A stretch of 64,000 bases of DNA from an uncultured bacterium. Lineage in GTDB: Bacteria; Verrucomicrobiota; Kiritimatiellia; RFP12; UBA1067. The notes beneath the pieces were generated by a model. It was not told where the DNA came from, did not search any database, and saw only the letters and a program-made list of their open reading frames with translations. The position numbers were made by a program, and so were the translations under genes. Shown in pieces: positions 19,246 through 27,132 of the stretch (position 1 is the first letter of the stretch; the number at the start of each line of letters is the position of its first letter). The DNA lies in contig CADCAK010000020.1 of the NCBI GenBank assembly GCA_902799385.1, forward strand, positions 33,771-97,770, in the 5' to 3' direction.

Positions 19246-19326
19246 CTACTCCTTTCGCTTGCCGCCCGCAGGGTTTAGTTCCGCCAGTGCCATCCCACAC
19301 CACACCGCCATCATCATTTTCTTCAT
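19246..19326 (-). other. short ORF MKKMMMAVWCGMALAELNPAGGKRKE; looks like a truncated signal peptide
   Basis: Uses the same AAGGAGAACGGCGATGAAGAA start context as gene 16968..18323. Confidence 0.3.
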
Positions 19327-19339
19327 CGCCGTTCTCCTT

Positions 19340-19426
19340 TCATTGGCAATTGGAATTGGTCTTGGCAACATTTTCACATTGGCAATATTCTCCTCCAACC
19401 CGCGCAAATATCATCCGCGTATTCAT
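19340..19426 (-). other. upstream ORF MNTRMIFARVGGEYCQCENVAKTNSNCQ (module A fused to module D)
   Basis: Its ATG overlaps the TGA of gene 19423..20529, in the context GGAGGAATCGAAATGA. Confidence 0.4.
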
Positions 19427-20529
19427 TTCGATTCCTCCGTTGACGGTTCTTCTTGTCCTTCTCGCCAAAGGCGCGAGGTCCTTATTTGCGGAAACAAGCC
19501 ATCCGAAATGCTGACAACCGCTCGCAATTCACATTCGTCTGGAAGATCAAACCGCTTGCGAACCTCCTCGGGACGACGCCAAACATAGACACTGAGCCTT
19601 ATGCCGTCTGGACGCACCGCATCCAGCCGGAACCGCCAAGCCCCCGGCTCACTGTCGGCCGAAACGCGGTCAACCGCGCCGTCGCAGTCGAAGCCGTCGG
19701 CCCGAGCCAGCTTCAGAACCTCGTCTTCAGCAGCCTTGCGCTCTTCGTTCGAGAGCGACATTGGATAGTTGCGACCGAACGCGATACCGGAGATCGTCTT
19801 CGTGCGCAGCGAATATTCGGCGTAGCTGTGCGTGAAGAGTGGATGGTCAAGCGGCACGCAATCCTCTCTCCAGTAGCGAACCTTAACTCCACCCACTTCA
19901 ATGCAACCGTCGAGAAGCGTCGCCCCCGGCGGCGCGACCTTTGGAATCTTCACTCCAAGAAGTTTGTCGGGGAACTCAGTAGCCTGCGGCACCTGCGGAG
20001 GAGGCTCGCCGTTTTCCTTCACCCACGCCGCCCACTCGTCGTCATTCATCAGCCGCACCGACAAGTCAAGCACCTTTTGGTTGTCATCGCATTCCTTAAA
20101 GTGAAACTCGCCCGCAAGCCCTGAGTTAGCCGCCCAGATCATCCTCATAGGGTCGTGAGTCCAACGACTACTACTTAACGTGCCCTTGGCTCGAACTGCA
20201 GGCAGTTCTAATTGACAATCCCATATCAATTCCTCCCGCGACTTGCTGTCCCATTCCTGCGAAAGGTCGCGCGAACGCAGGACGATACATTCCGCCCTGC
20301 CCGAAGCACCGCGCACGACTCTCGCCCACTTCCAGTCCTTGTGCTTGACATTCACCCACTGCCCCGTCGAATTCAGCGACGCCACCTCAATTCCAAACAA
20401 CTGTTCCGGCAATTCTGCCGCGCGTCCCCACGCCACATTCGCCACCACCGCCTCGCCATGCCTGGCCATGATGGCAATCGCTATGGCCGCAGCAATCGCA
20501 AGCGCTGCAAATACGATTTTCTTATTCAT
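19423..20529 (-). CDS. secreted 368-aa protein of unknown function
   Basis: MNKKIVFAALAIAAAIAIAIMA is a signal/anchor sequence. The last codons (TEESK) are encoded by the junction module. Confidence 0.65.
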   Translation of the reverse strand: MNKKIVFAALAIAAAIAIAIMARHGEAVVANVAWGRAAELPEQLFGIEVASLNSTGQWVNVKHKDWKWARVVRGASGRAECIVLRSRDLSQEWDSKSREELIWDCQLELPAVRAKGTLSSSRWTHDPMRMIWAANSGLAGEFHFKECDDNQKVLDLSVRLMNDDEWAAWVKENGEPPPQVPQATEFPDKLLGVKIPKVAPPGATLLDGCIEVGGVKVRYWREDCVPLDHPLFTHSYAEYSLRTKTISGIAFGRNYPMSLSNEERKAAEDEVLKLARADGFDCDGAVDRVSADSEPGAWRFRLDAVRPDGIRLSVYVWRRPEEVRKRFDLPDECELRAVVSISDGLFPQIRTSRLWREGQEEPSTEESK

Positions 20530-20621
20530 GCTCCCGTTCCTTTCTTAATCCTGTCAATCCTGTTAATCCTGTCTAAAAACCTTCCCGCGCCGCCCCGCGC
20601 AAACATCATCCGCGTATTCAT
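20526..20621 (-). other. upstream ORF MNTRMMFARGGAGRFLDRINRIDRIKKGTGA (module A plus 9-mer repeat)
   Basis: Its TGA overlaps ATG 20529 (ATGA). It starts 15 nt after the ATPase stop. Confidence 0.45.
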
Positions 20622-20635
20622 GTGGTTCCAACCGA

Positions 20636-21973
20636 TCAAATCTTATATATCATATGCTCCGGCAGTGCGACGGGCAGTATGAATTGTGCCATGTAGATTG
20701 GCGCATAGGTAATCCGGCCTTCTTTCTTGATGTTGCCGTTGCAAAGCACAATCGCCTCCGGGATGTCGTATGCGCTTGACGCCATGACATTTGCCAGAGC
20801 CGCGTGCTTGACGTAGTCCTTGCCGCTTTTCACTTCCAGAGGCAGGACCTTTCCTGCAACTTCAAGGACAAAATCAAGTTCGCCCTGCTTCTTGGAGTTG
20901 AAATAGTTCGGCTCCAGTCCGTGCGCCGTAAGTTCCTGCGCAACCGCATTCTCATAGACGGAGCCAAAGTTCACCGACTTTTCGCCGTTGAGGATTTCTA
21001 GCTGTATGCCGTCCATGTATTGCGCGGCGAGGAGCCCCACGTCGTTGGAAAACAACTTGAAAAGGCTGGGCTTGCGGGCCAGTTTGAGCGGGGAAACCGG
21101 TTCTTCGACGCAGTAGGACGGAATCGCTACGCCAGCTTCCTTCAGCCACAGGAACTCGTCCGACAGATTCTCGAAGCGCGTGCCGACCTGTATGCTGCTC
21201 GCATAGAAACGCTTGTTGCGCTTGTTCAATTCGCCAGGCATGCGGTCAAACACCGCGCGTATTCGCAAAGCATTCTGCTCATCGTATTGCGCAATATCGC
21301 GCCGATACATAGCGACTATCTGACGTTGAACGCGCGTAACCGCCGCGATGTCCGAAGTGTCAACGTAGGTCTGGACGGCGGCCGGCATGCCACCTACCAC
21401 AAGATAAAGCGAGAAAAGTTTCATCAGCCGCTCATGATAAAAGGAATCAAGGGCAGTGCGCGCTTCCCATGCATTGCGGGCTTCGGCAAGGAGCGTCTCG
21501 CTTTCGCCATTGGCTGACAGGAATTCCTCGAAATCAAGCGGATACATCTTTACCTCGTCCATATAACCGACTGGAACTGAGCGGATGTTCTTTAGTTCAA
21601 CCCCCAGCAGCGAACCACTCAAAATGTAATGGCAAGAACCTTCCTCTACGAGAAACTTGATAAAAGTTACAGCATCGGGGCATGCCTGTATCTCATCGAG
21701 GAACACAAGCGTATCACCTCGCTTGAGTTCTGAGCGCGAAAACGCGGATATTTTCACCAACGCCTCCTTAGCGCTGGCGGAATTCTCGAAAATGCCCTTA
21801 GCCCCCTTGTCCTCAAGGAAATTGATTTCTATGAATCGTGAATAATTCCTGCGGGCAAACTCGCGAATGATAAACGTCTTGCCAACCTGACGCGCACCGT
21901 CAACCAGCAAGGCATACTTTCCTGCGTCTTTGCGGAATCGCTCTAGTCTTGTCGCAATTTTTCGCTTTAACAT
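20636..21973 (-). CDS. AAA+ ATPase/DUF4143 (COG1373 type), intact
   Basis: GARQVGKT, LVFLDEIQ, GGMPAAV, ELDFVLE...PLEVKSG. Confidence 0.85.
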   Translation of the reverse strand: MLKRKIATRLERFRKDAGKYALLVDGARQVGKTFIIREFARRNYSRFIEINFLEDKGAKGIFENSASAKEALVKISAFSRSELKRGDTLVFLDEIQACPDAVTFIKFLVEEGSCHYILSGSLLGVELKNIRSVPVGYMDEVKMYPLDFEEFLSANGESETLLAEARNAWEARTALDSFYHERLMKLFSLYLVVGGMPAAVQTYVDTSDIAAVTRVQRQIVAMYRRDIAQYDEQNALRIRAVFDRMPGELNKRNKRFYASSIQVGTRFENLSDEFLWLKEAGVAIPSYCVEEPVSPLKLARKPSLFKLFSNDVGLLAAQYMDGIQLEILNGEKSVNFGSVYENAVAQELTAHGLEPNYFNSKKQGELDFVLEVAGKVLPLEVKSGKDYVKHAALANVMASSAYDIPEAIVLCNGNIKKEGRITYAPIYMAQFILPVALPEHMIYKI

Positions 21974-21999
21974 GCTATTTTCCCTTTGTTACGCGACAC

Positions 22000-22008
22000 A
22001 TTATATCA
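22000..22008 (-). promoter_or_regulatory. extended -10 element TGATATAAT
   Basis: Lies 27 nt upstream of ATG 21973. Confidence 0.55.
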
Positions 22009-22121
22009 CACTTTGGACATTTTTACAAGTGGCCACCGGCCGAATTCTACATTTTTCCAAGATGAAATCACAGCCAATCATACACTTTTCCAAAACCGCC
22101 TGCAATAATTTTTGGCGAAAG

Positions 22122-22250
22122 TCAATACGAACAACGCTGCTTATTTGGCTTTTCTACCCACGAACTACGACTCGTATATGGCTCTTTTACTACTAATTCC
22201 TTCCGCGCTATTCCCGCGACGGCCCGCGCAAACATCATCCGCGTATTCAT
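22122..22250 (-). other. orphan module-A ORF MNTRMMFARAVAGIARKELVV... (42 codons)
   Basis: Exact module ATGAATACGCGGATGATGTTTGCGCGGGCCGTCGCGGG. No gene is attached. Confidence 0.3.
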
Positions 22251-22294
22251 CGTACTGCTCTTACCTTTGCCAAGATGTTGTTTTATGGCTGTGC

Positions 22295-23422
22295 CTACAT
22301 GAGGAAGCCATCGTAGCTCTCTCGCCTTATCACGCTGTATGTAGCATTTGGATATGCGGCTGCGAACGGCTGCGGCATCTTTGCCTTTTCATGCGGATTC
22401 CACTTGAACTCAAACGCTTTTATCTGTCCGTCCAACTCCTCTATGTAGTCAATCTCGCTCTGTGTCGTTGTTCGCCAGAAGTAGCTGCGGGCGTATGACT
22501 GCGCGTAGGCCAATCGTTTCAGCCTCTCCGACACCAGCCAGTTCTCCCACAACGCACCGACATCGGTACGCAGCGTAAGCGGCGCAAAATTGCCCAACAC
22601 GACATTGCGGATTCCGTTGTCCCAGAAGTATATCTTTCTCGCCCGCTTCAATTCATTGCGTGCATTGCGCGCAAACGACCTAAGCGAAAACACGACAAAA
22701 GTCTTTTCCAGCAAATCAATGTAGCTTTCGACCGTCGCCTTGTTGAGCCCTGTCATCTGGCCAAGTTCATTGGCCGAAACTTCACTGCCAAGTTGCAACG
22801 CAAGACATTGCACAAGCCGCGACAACACATCGGGTTTCCGTATGCCGTCAAACGACAACACATCTTTATACAACGCTCCGCTTGCTATCGACTCCAATAT
22901 CCGTCGGCCATCGTTCGGCGCCGTCACCACCTCGGGATAGCTGCCATATACGAGCCGTTCTTGCAAAAGGCGTTGCTCCGCCAGTTCCGCGCCGGATTGC
23001 GCTGCCAACTCCCCATGCGAAAGCGGATACAGGCGGTACTCGAAAATCCGCCCGGCAGCCGACTCAAACACGCCATTTGCCAGTTCCAGCGCACTTGATC
23101 CAGTGGCAACAATCTGCGCTCGCGCCCCCAGCGCATCCGCAAGCATCTTGAACACCATCCCGACATCAGGTATGCGCTGTGCTTCGTCAATCAGCACCAG
23201 TTGTGCGTTGCCAACAATATTGAGCAGTTGCGTTGTGTTTGGATTGGAAAGTCGCTCGCGCTCATCGGCATTGTCGCAATTGATGCGCACGACTCGCTCC
23301 ACATTTTCTGCCAGTTGATTCAGGAGCGTGGTCTTGCCTACTTGTCTTGCACCAAGCACCAAGACAACCTTCCCTTTCCCGAAATCACTTCGGATTTTGG
23401 CCTCTATATTGCGCTTTATCAT
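22295..23422 (-). CDS. AAA+ ATPase/DUF4143 (COG1373 type), shorter subfamily, intact
   Basis: GARQVGKT, LVLIDEAQ, EIDYIEE...FEFKW. Start trimmed to MIKRNIEAK, downstream of the -10 element. Confidence 0.8.
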   Translation of the reverse strand: MIKRNIEAKIRSDFGKGKVVLVLGARQVGKTTLLNQLAENVERVVRINCDNADERERLSNPNTTQLLNIVGNAQLVLIDEAQRIPDVGMVFKMLADALGARAQIVATGSSALELANGVFESAAGRIFEYRLYPLSHGELAAQSGAELAEQRLLQERLVYGSYPEVVTAPNDGRRILESIASGALYKDVLSFDGIRKPDVLSRLVQCLALQLGSEVSANELGQMTGLNKATVESYIDLLEKTFVVFSLRSFARNARNELKRARKIYFWDNGIRNVVLGNFAPLTLRTDVGALWENWLVSERLKRLAYAQSYARSYFWRTTTQSEIDYIEELDGQIKAFEFKWNPHEKAKMPQPFAAAYPNATYSVIRRESYDGFLM

Positions 23423-23447
23423 TCCCTTCTCTCCGTTTGACGCATAT

Positions 23448-23456
23448 ATGATACCA
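23448..23456 (-). promoter_or_regulatory. extended -10 element TGGTATCAT
   Basis: Lies 26 nt upstream of ATG 23422. Confidence 0.45.
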
Positions 23457-23553
23457 TATTTCGTCACAGCGCGTCAATGCTAATAGCCAAATTTGATATT
23501 ACTTTGGCTACCATGCCGCCTAAAACAATACTACATTTAGACATTCTATACCA

Positions 23554-23928
23554 TTAGCGTATTAATTTCGTGGACTCTTCAATCTCACAAACTATGGGGG
23601 CATTATCCTCGTCAACCAACACCAGGGCAAATGGCCTATCAATGCCAGGCGATAGATAGTTCACCGCTTCCGAATATGCCTTGCCGTTTACAACAGCATA
23701 AAGGCCACCTTCAGCGTAATCGCGAAGTTTCACGATTTCGACGCAACTAGGCTTGATTGTCGTTTCGCAAACAACCTTATCTCGCACAGATAGTTTACAG
23801 CACATCTCCTTTCCCGATACATTGACAAGCATTACTTGCAGAGCTGAGTTATACCAACAATAGACTAATCCGCAAAGGCTTAAACCAACCACAACCGCAA
23901 GCGCGGCAAATATGATTATCTTCTTCAT
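23554..23928 (-). CDS. small secreted or membrane-anchored protein
   Basis: MKKIIIFAALAVVVGLSLCGLVYC. ATGA overlap with the upstream ORF. Confidence 0.55.
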   Translation of the reverse strand: MKKIIIFAALAVVVGLSLCGLVYCWYNSALQVMLVNVSGKEMCCKLSVRDKVVCETTIKPSCVEIVKLRDYAEGGLYAVVNGKAYSEAVNYLSPGIDRPFALVLVDEDNAPIVCEIEESTKLIR

Positions 23929-24020
23929 GCTTCCGTTCCTTTCTTAATCCTGTCAATCCTGTTAATCCTGTCTAAAAACCTTCCCGCGACGGCCCGCACA
24001 AACATCATCCGCGTATTCAT
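23925..24020 (-). other. upstream ORF MNTRMMFVRAVAGRFLDRINRIDRIKKGTEA
   Basis: Module A plus (RACAGGATT)3. Its TGA overlaps ATG 23928. Confidence 0.45.
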
Positions 24021-24042
24021 TTCATTGGTTCCTCTGTTACAC

Positions 24043-24429
24043 TCAATGATCAAGTGGAATAGAATTGGTCTTGCCAGTTTCGTCGGTACAAAGTTCGACA
24101 TCTCCCTGAACGATTGCGTCGTCAAACTCCTTGCGTTCCTCGTCGGTCATTACGCCAAGTATTTCTTGGATTTTCGATATCTCCCGCCACCGACGCACAG
24201 CATCGCGAACACCCAGAAACATGCCAAAGCCAAAAAGGACGGTAAGAAGCACCAGCCAGACAACAATTGCAGCAGAATGGCCACCACCAAGGCCATTGAC
24301 AAATACAAACCAATAGACAAGCGCAAGCGGAACAGCGAAAAGGATGGCGACAAAAATGCCACACCCTGAGCCAATGACTTTTTGGCTTGTCGATGAATGA
24401 TTGGACGTTCCCTTTTTCATGTCAGACAT
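24043..24429 (-). CDS. small membrane protein (2 TM) with a charged C-terminal tail
   Basis: Start MSDMKKGTS with SD AAGGGAGGGA. It overlaps the upstream stop. Confidence 0.5.
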   Translation of the reverse strand: MSDMKKGTSNHSSTSQKVIGSGCGIFVAILFAVPLALVYWFVFVNGLGGGHSAAIVVWLVLLTVLFGFGMFLGVRDAVRRWREISKIQEILGVMTDEERKEFDDAIVQGDVELCTDETGKTNSIPLDH

Positions 24430-24802
24430 TCCCTCCCTTCGCACTTTTCTCATTTATTCCCCAACCAACAAGCTCCAAATGCCTGCAAGCATCACACCCT
24501 GTTGCCACTGCCAATGCCTCTGGTGTCATCTTAAAGTCCCTTAGCACTCCATTTCTAAACTTAAGCTCTACATCGACATGGGCACCTTCAACTTCCCGAA
24601 GCATTTTGCGCAGTTTTTCATAATCTTCAAAAGAAGCTTCTCCTCCGGGATACGAATACATTGCGGAAAAGAACCTGCACGGTCCATCTGGATTCCCGAC
24701 AGCCTCAAAGTCGACTGTCATGCTATCTGCAGCAGACGGATCGTCCAAGAACGACAATGGCATTTTAACTGTCTTCCACTCAATCTTACCAAATGGCCAC
24801 AT
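24422..24802 (-). CDS. hypothetical cytoplasmic protein (126 aa)
   Basis: ORF only. Coupled to the downstream membrane protein. Confidence 0.45.
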   Translation of the reverse strand: MWPFGKIEWKTVKMPLSFLDDPSAADSMTVDFEAVGNPDGPCRFFSAMYSYPGGEASFEDYEKLRKMLREVEGAHVDVELKFRNGVLRDFKMTPEALAVATGCDACRHLELVGWGINEKSAKGGNV

Positions 24803-24909
24803 GTTTAATTCCTTTAAACATTCACATTGACATCAATCATTCTCATACGCAACGCCCCGCGCAAACAGGCCTTTTACAACGGTTTCACGAGGCCCGTCCC
24901 GGGCTGTTC

Positions 24910-25512
24910 TTATGTAATGTCGGTAAAGATATTGAGATAGTGGCAAACCGAGAATGCGCGAAACACCAGTTTGATCTCGTTTATTTCCGATGAGCTGTCT
25001 GCGGCGCGAACACTAAACCTGATCTCCAGAGACTCGCCCTCCTTTCGTGGAGTCAGCTCATTTGGAAAGACGGCGAGCCACCGCACACCCGACTCGGAAG
25101 GACACCTAGAATCCCGATGCAATTCAATTCGCATGTCAGTTCCCTCTCTGCCGGAAACATTGACCCGCACGGATTCATCAAGCAACGCAAGGTCTGCACC
25201 ACCACATATCTCAAGCATATAACGATCACGCCTTGACTTATGGTACCCCCACCGATCAAACTCAATCGCAAGTCTCCTGCCGTCCTTCAAATGGACAAAA
25301 TGCCGACATTCCTCCCAACCGTGCGGGCACCAGGAATTCCTACTGGCCACGTAGTCTACCTTCTCCAAAACCACCCAATCTATATAATAAGACGTAGTGG
25401 CCAACCTCACCCCGAAATATAGTGACCACATCATGACATTCAGGGCAAGAAAGCATGCAAGCGCAATCAACACCACGCGGAGAAATCCCTTTGCCATACT
25501 CCGAAATGTCAT
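24910..25512 (-). CDS. hypothetical membrane-anchored protein (200 aa)
   Basis: N-terminal TM segment FLRVVLIALACFLALNVMMWSLYF. Confidence 0.5.
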   Translation of the reverse strand: MTFRSMAKGFLRVVLIALACFLALNVMMWSLYFGVRLATTSYYIDWVVLEKVDYVASRNSWCPHGWEECRHFVHLKDGRRLAIEFDRWGYHKSRRDRYMLEICGGADLALLDESVRVNVSGREGTDMRIELHRDSRCPSESGVRWLAVFPNELTPRKEGESLEIRFSVRAADSSSEINEIKLVFRAFSVCHYLNIFTDIT

Positions 25513-25524
25513 ATGGGACTTCCT

Positions 25525-26184
25525 TCAATCACTTTCTTTCCTTGCTTTTGGCCGCAAGCTACCGATGGAACGCCCGCGGCGAGGGGGATTTGGTGCCTCG
25601 CCACGATCGATCATCTTAATGAACAATGCCGCCTTTTCACGTCCGTCCTGCGTATTCCATCCCCTGTCTATGACGCGCACGAACAGCGATCTGGCCTTCT
25701 TGACATCCCTTGGCGTCCCATAGCCAACAAGATGGCAAAGCGCAATCGGATATGCATGGGTCTCTCGATCTTTCGCATATCCCCGCTTCAACCAATCGTA
25801 GCAGCGACGCGGCATATCCAACATGGAATATGACATGGCAATATTGTTTGCAGCATATGCAATGCCCATCCGCCAAGCTCTGCGTTCCAATCTCAATGCC
25901 TTGCGAACATTCTTGCCTTTATACACGCCGGCAAGCGTCAGGATCGCCCCCGACTCCCCTGAATCAACGACAAAGCGCAGCAGCTTTTCAGCCCTTGCAC
26001 GATTTCTTCTGACACGCAGCCACACATCTTCCAAGTCGTCGCGCCTCAAAAAACCGGTTGCATAAGCAGCGCCAAGAACCCACGAAGCGGTGACATTGCC
26101 CTTTGCCGCACACTCTTCAAGCGCGGCAAAATACTCAGCATCCGACAGTCTCGATGATGTATTCTGATCGCCACGACGTCCCAT
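25525..26184 (-). CDS. TPR/Sel1-like repeat protein
   Basis: Degenerate Sel1-like units, e.g. AYPIALCHLVGYGTPRDVKKARSLFVRV. SD GGAGAG. Confidence 0.5.
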   Translation of the reverse strand: MGRRGDQNTSSRLSDAEYFAALEECAAKGNVTASWVLGAAYATGFLRRDDLEDVWLRVRRNRARAEKLLRFVVDSGESGAILTLAGVYKGKNVRKALRLERRAWRMGIAYAANNIAMSYSMLDMPRRCYDWLKRGYAKDRETHAYPIALCHLVGYGTPRDVKKARSLFVRVIDRGWNTQDGREKAALFIKMIDRGEAPNPPRRGRSIGSLRPKARKESD

Positions 26185-26216
26185 GTCAACTCTCCATGCA
26201 ACTCATTATGGTCGGT

Positions 26217-26225
26217 ATTATATCA
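26217..26225 (-). promoter_or_regulatory. extended -10 element TGATATAAT
   Basis: Lies 33 nt upstream of ATG 26184. Confidence 0.5.
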
Positions 26226-26280
26226 CAAATTCTGTCGCGAGGCTATCGCCGCGCCGGTAACCGCACCCCTGCCAGAGCAT

Positions 26281-26570
26281 CCGCTTAGCGGACATCCTTC
26301 GGCTGGGGGATATGCTTGTCGGTGGTTCGTGCGGTGCACGAACCAACCCGAAGCGAAGCGCAGAGGCCGGAGATCCGACTGGCGCACGAGAGCACGTTTG
26401 CGGGCCCGGCGTGATTTTGACTGCCGACGTAAAGGGCGCGCGTGAAATATCCGCCGGGCGAAGCCCGCTTGCGCAGCAAGTCGCTAGAGCGGTGCGCGCG
26501 CGTCAAAATCATGCCGGCGGGGTGCCCACAAACTGCGGGTCGGGCGAGCAGGTCGGGCGCAGGCCTCGCC
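26281..26570. ncRNA. candidate structured RNA of unknown class; strand unresolved
   Basis: 290-nt GC-rich gap with nested complementarity. GATTTTGAC 26412-26420 pairs with GTCAAAATC 26502-26510. GCGCGCG pairs with CGCGCGC. Hairpins: CGGGCGAAGCCCG, CTTGCGCAGCAAG, GGTTCGTGCggtGCACGAACC, CCGCttaGCGG. No convincing ORF. Confidence 0.3.
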
Positions 26571-26571
26571 A

Positions 26572-27123
26572 TCAGGCGGAGCCGAGGAGCGAGGAGAGGA
26601 GAGGGTCCTTTACCGCGATTTCTTCCTTTGTGAGCCCTTCTATCTCGTGAGGGAAGACAATCCACTCGTTCCCGACGTCGCGGTAGAAGTAGTCGGGCTT
26701 TAGGTCGGTCGTGTTCTTGCCTGGCTTCCAGTAGACGCAGGCAAGGCGCATCTCCGCGCCAGTCGCGCCAATCTGCTCCTTCACCGCCTTGGCGGTCTTG
26801 CCAGTGTCAAAGACATCGTCCACGACAAGCACCTTGTCGCCCTTACGGAGCATACCAAAGACAATGTCGCCGTGGTAAAACTGGACAGAGCCCGCATTCT
26901 CGCCTATCGCCGTGTAGCTCTCGCACTTGAGCGGAATGTGGTGGACATCCCAGCCGGAGGCCTTGAAATACTCGTGCATCGCGACGCCAACCGGCGCGCC
27001 GCCGCGCCAGAGGGCGATTAGGATGTCGGGCTGCCATCCCGACTTCTTCACCTGGGCGGCAAGCTTCCAAGTGTCGCGGAGGTATTCGTCGCCAGAGAGA
27101 TAGCGCTTGTCGGCGATTGACAT
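26572..27123 (-). CDS. purine (hypoxanthine/xanthine-type) phosphoribosyltransferase
   Basis: PRPP-binding motif VLVVDDVFDTGKT. Confidence 0.75.
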   Translation of the reverse strand: MSIADKRYLSGDEYLRDTWKLAAQVKKSGWQPDILIALWRGGAPVGVAMHEYFKASGWDVHHIPLKCESYTAIGENAGSVQFYHGDIVFGMLRKGDKVLVVDDVFDTGKTAKAVKEQIGATGAEMRLACVYWKPGKNTTDLKPDYFYRDVGNEWIVFPHEIEGLTKEEIAVKDPLLSSLLGSA

Positions 27124-27132
27124 AGCCGCCCC

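Noticed and set aside
8140-24020. Integron-like cassette array, with the junction module acting as attC
   Set aside because: No integrase is present. The module lacks the R''/L''...L'/R' inverted-core structure (no GTTRRRY ends). Several cassettes also carry their own promoters.
26281-26570. RNase P RNA, tmRNA, SRP RNA or a tRNA at the island boundary
   Set aside because: The conserved cores (GGAAAGUCC / ACAGAAnCCGGCUUA, the T-arm GGTTCGAATCC plus ACCA, GGAAGCAGCC) are absent on both strands. I kept the region only as an unclassified structured-RNA candidate.
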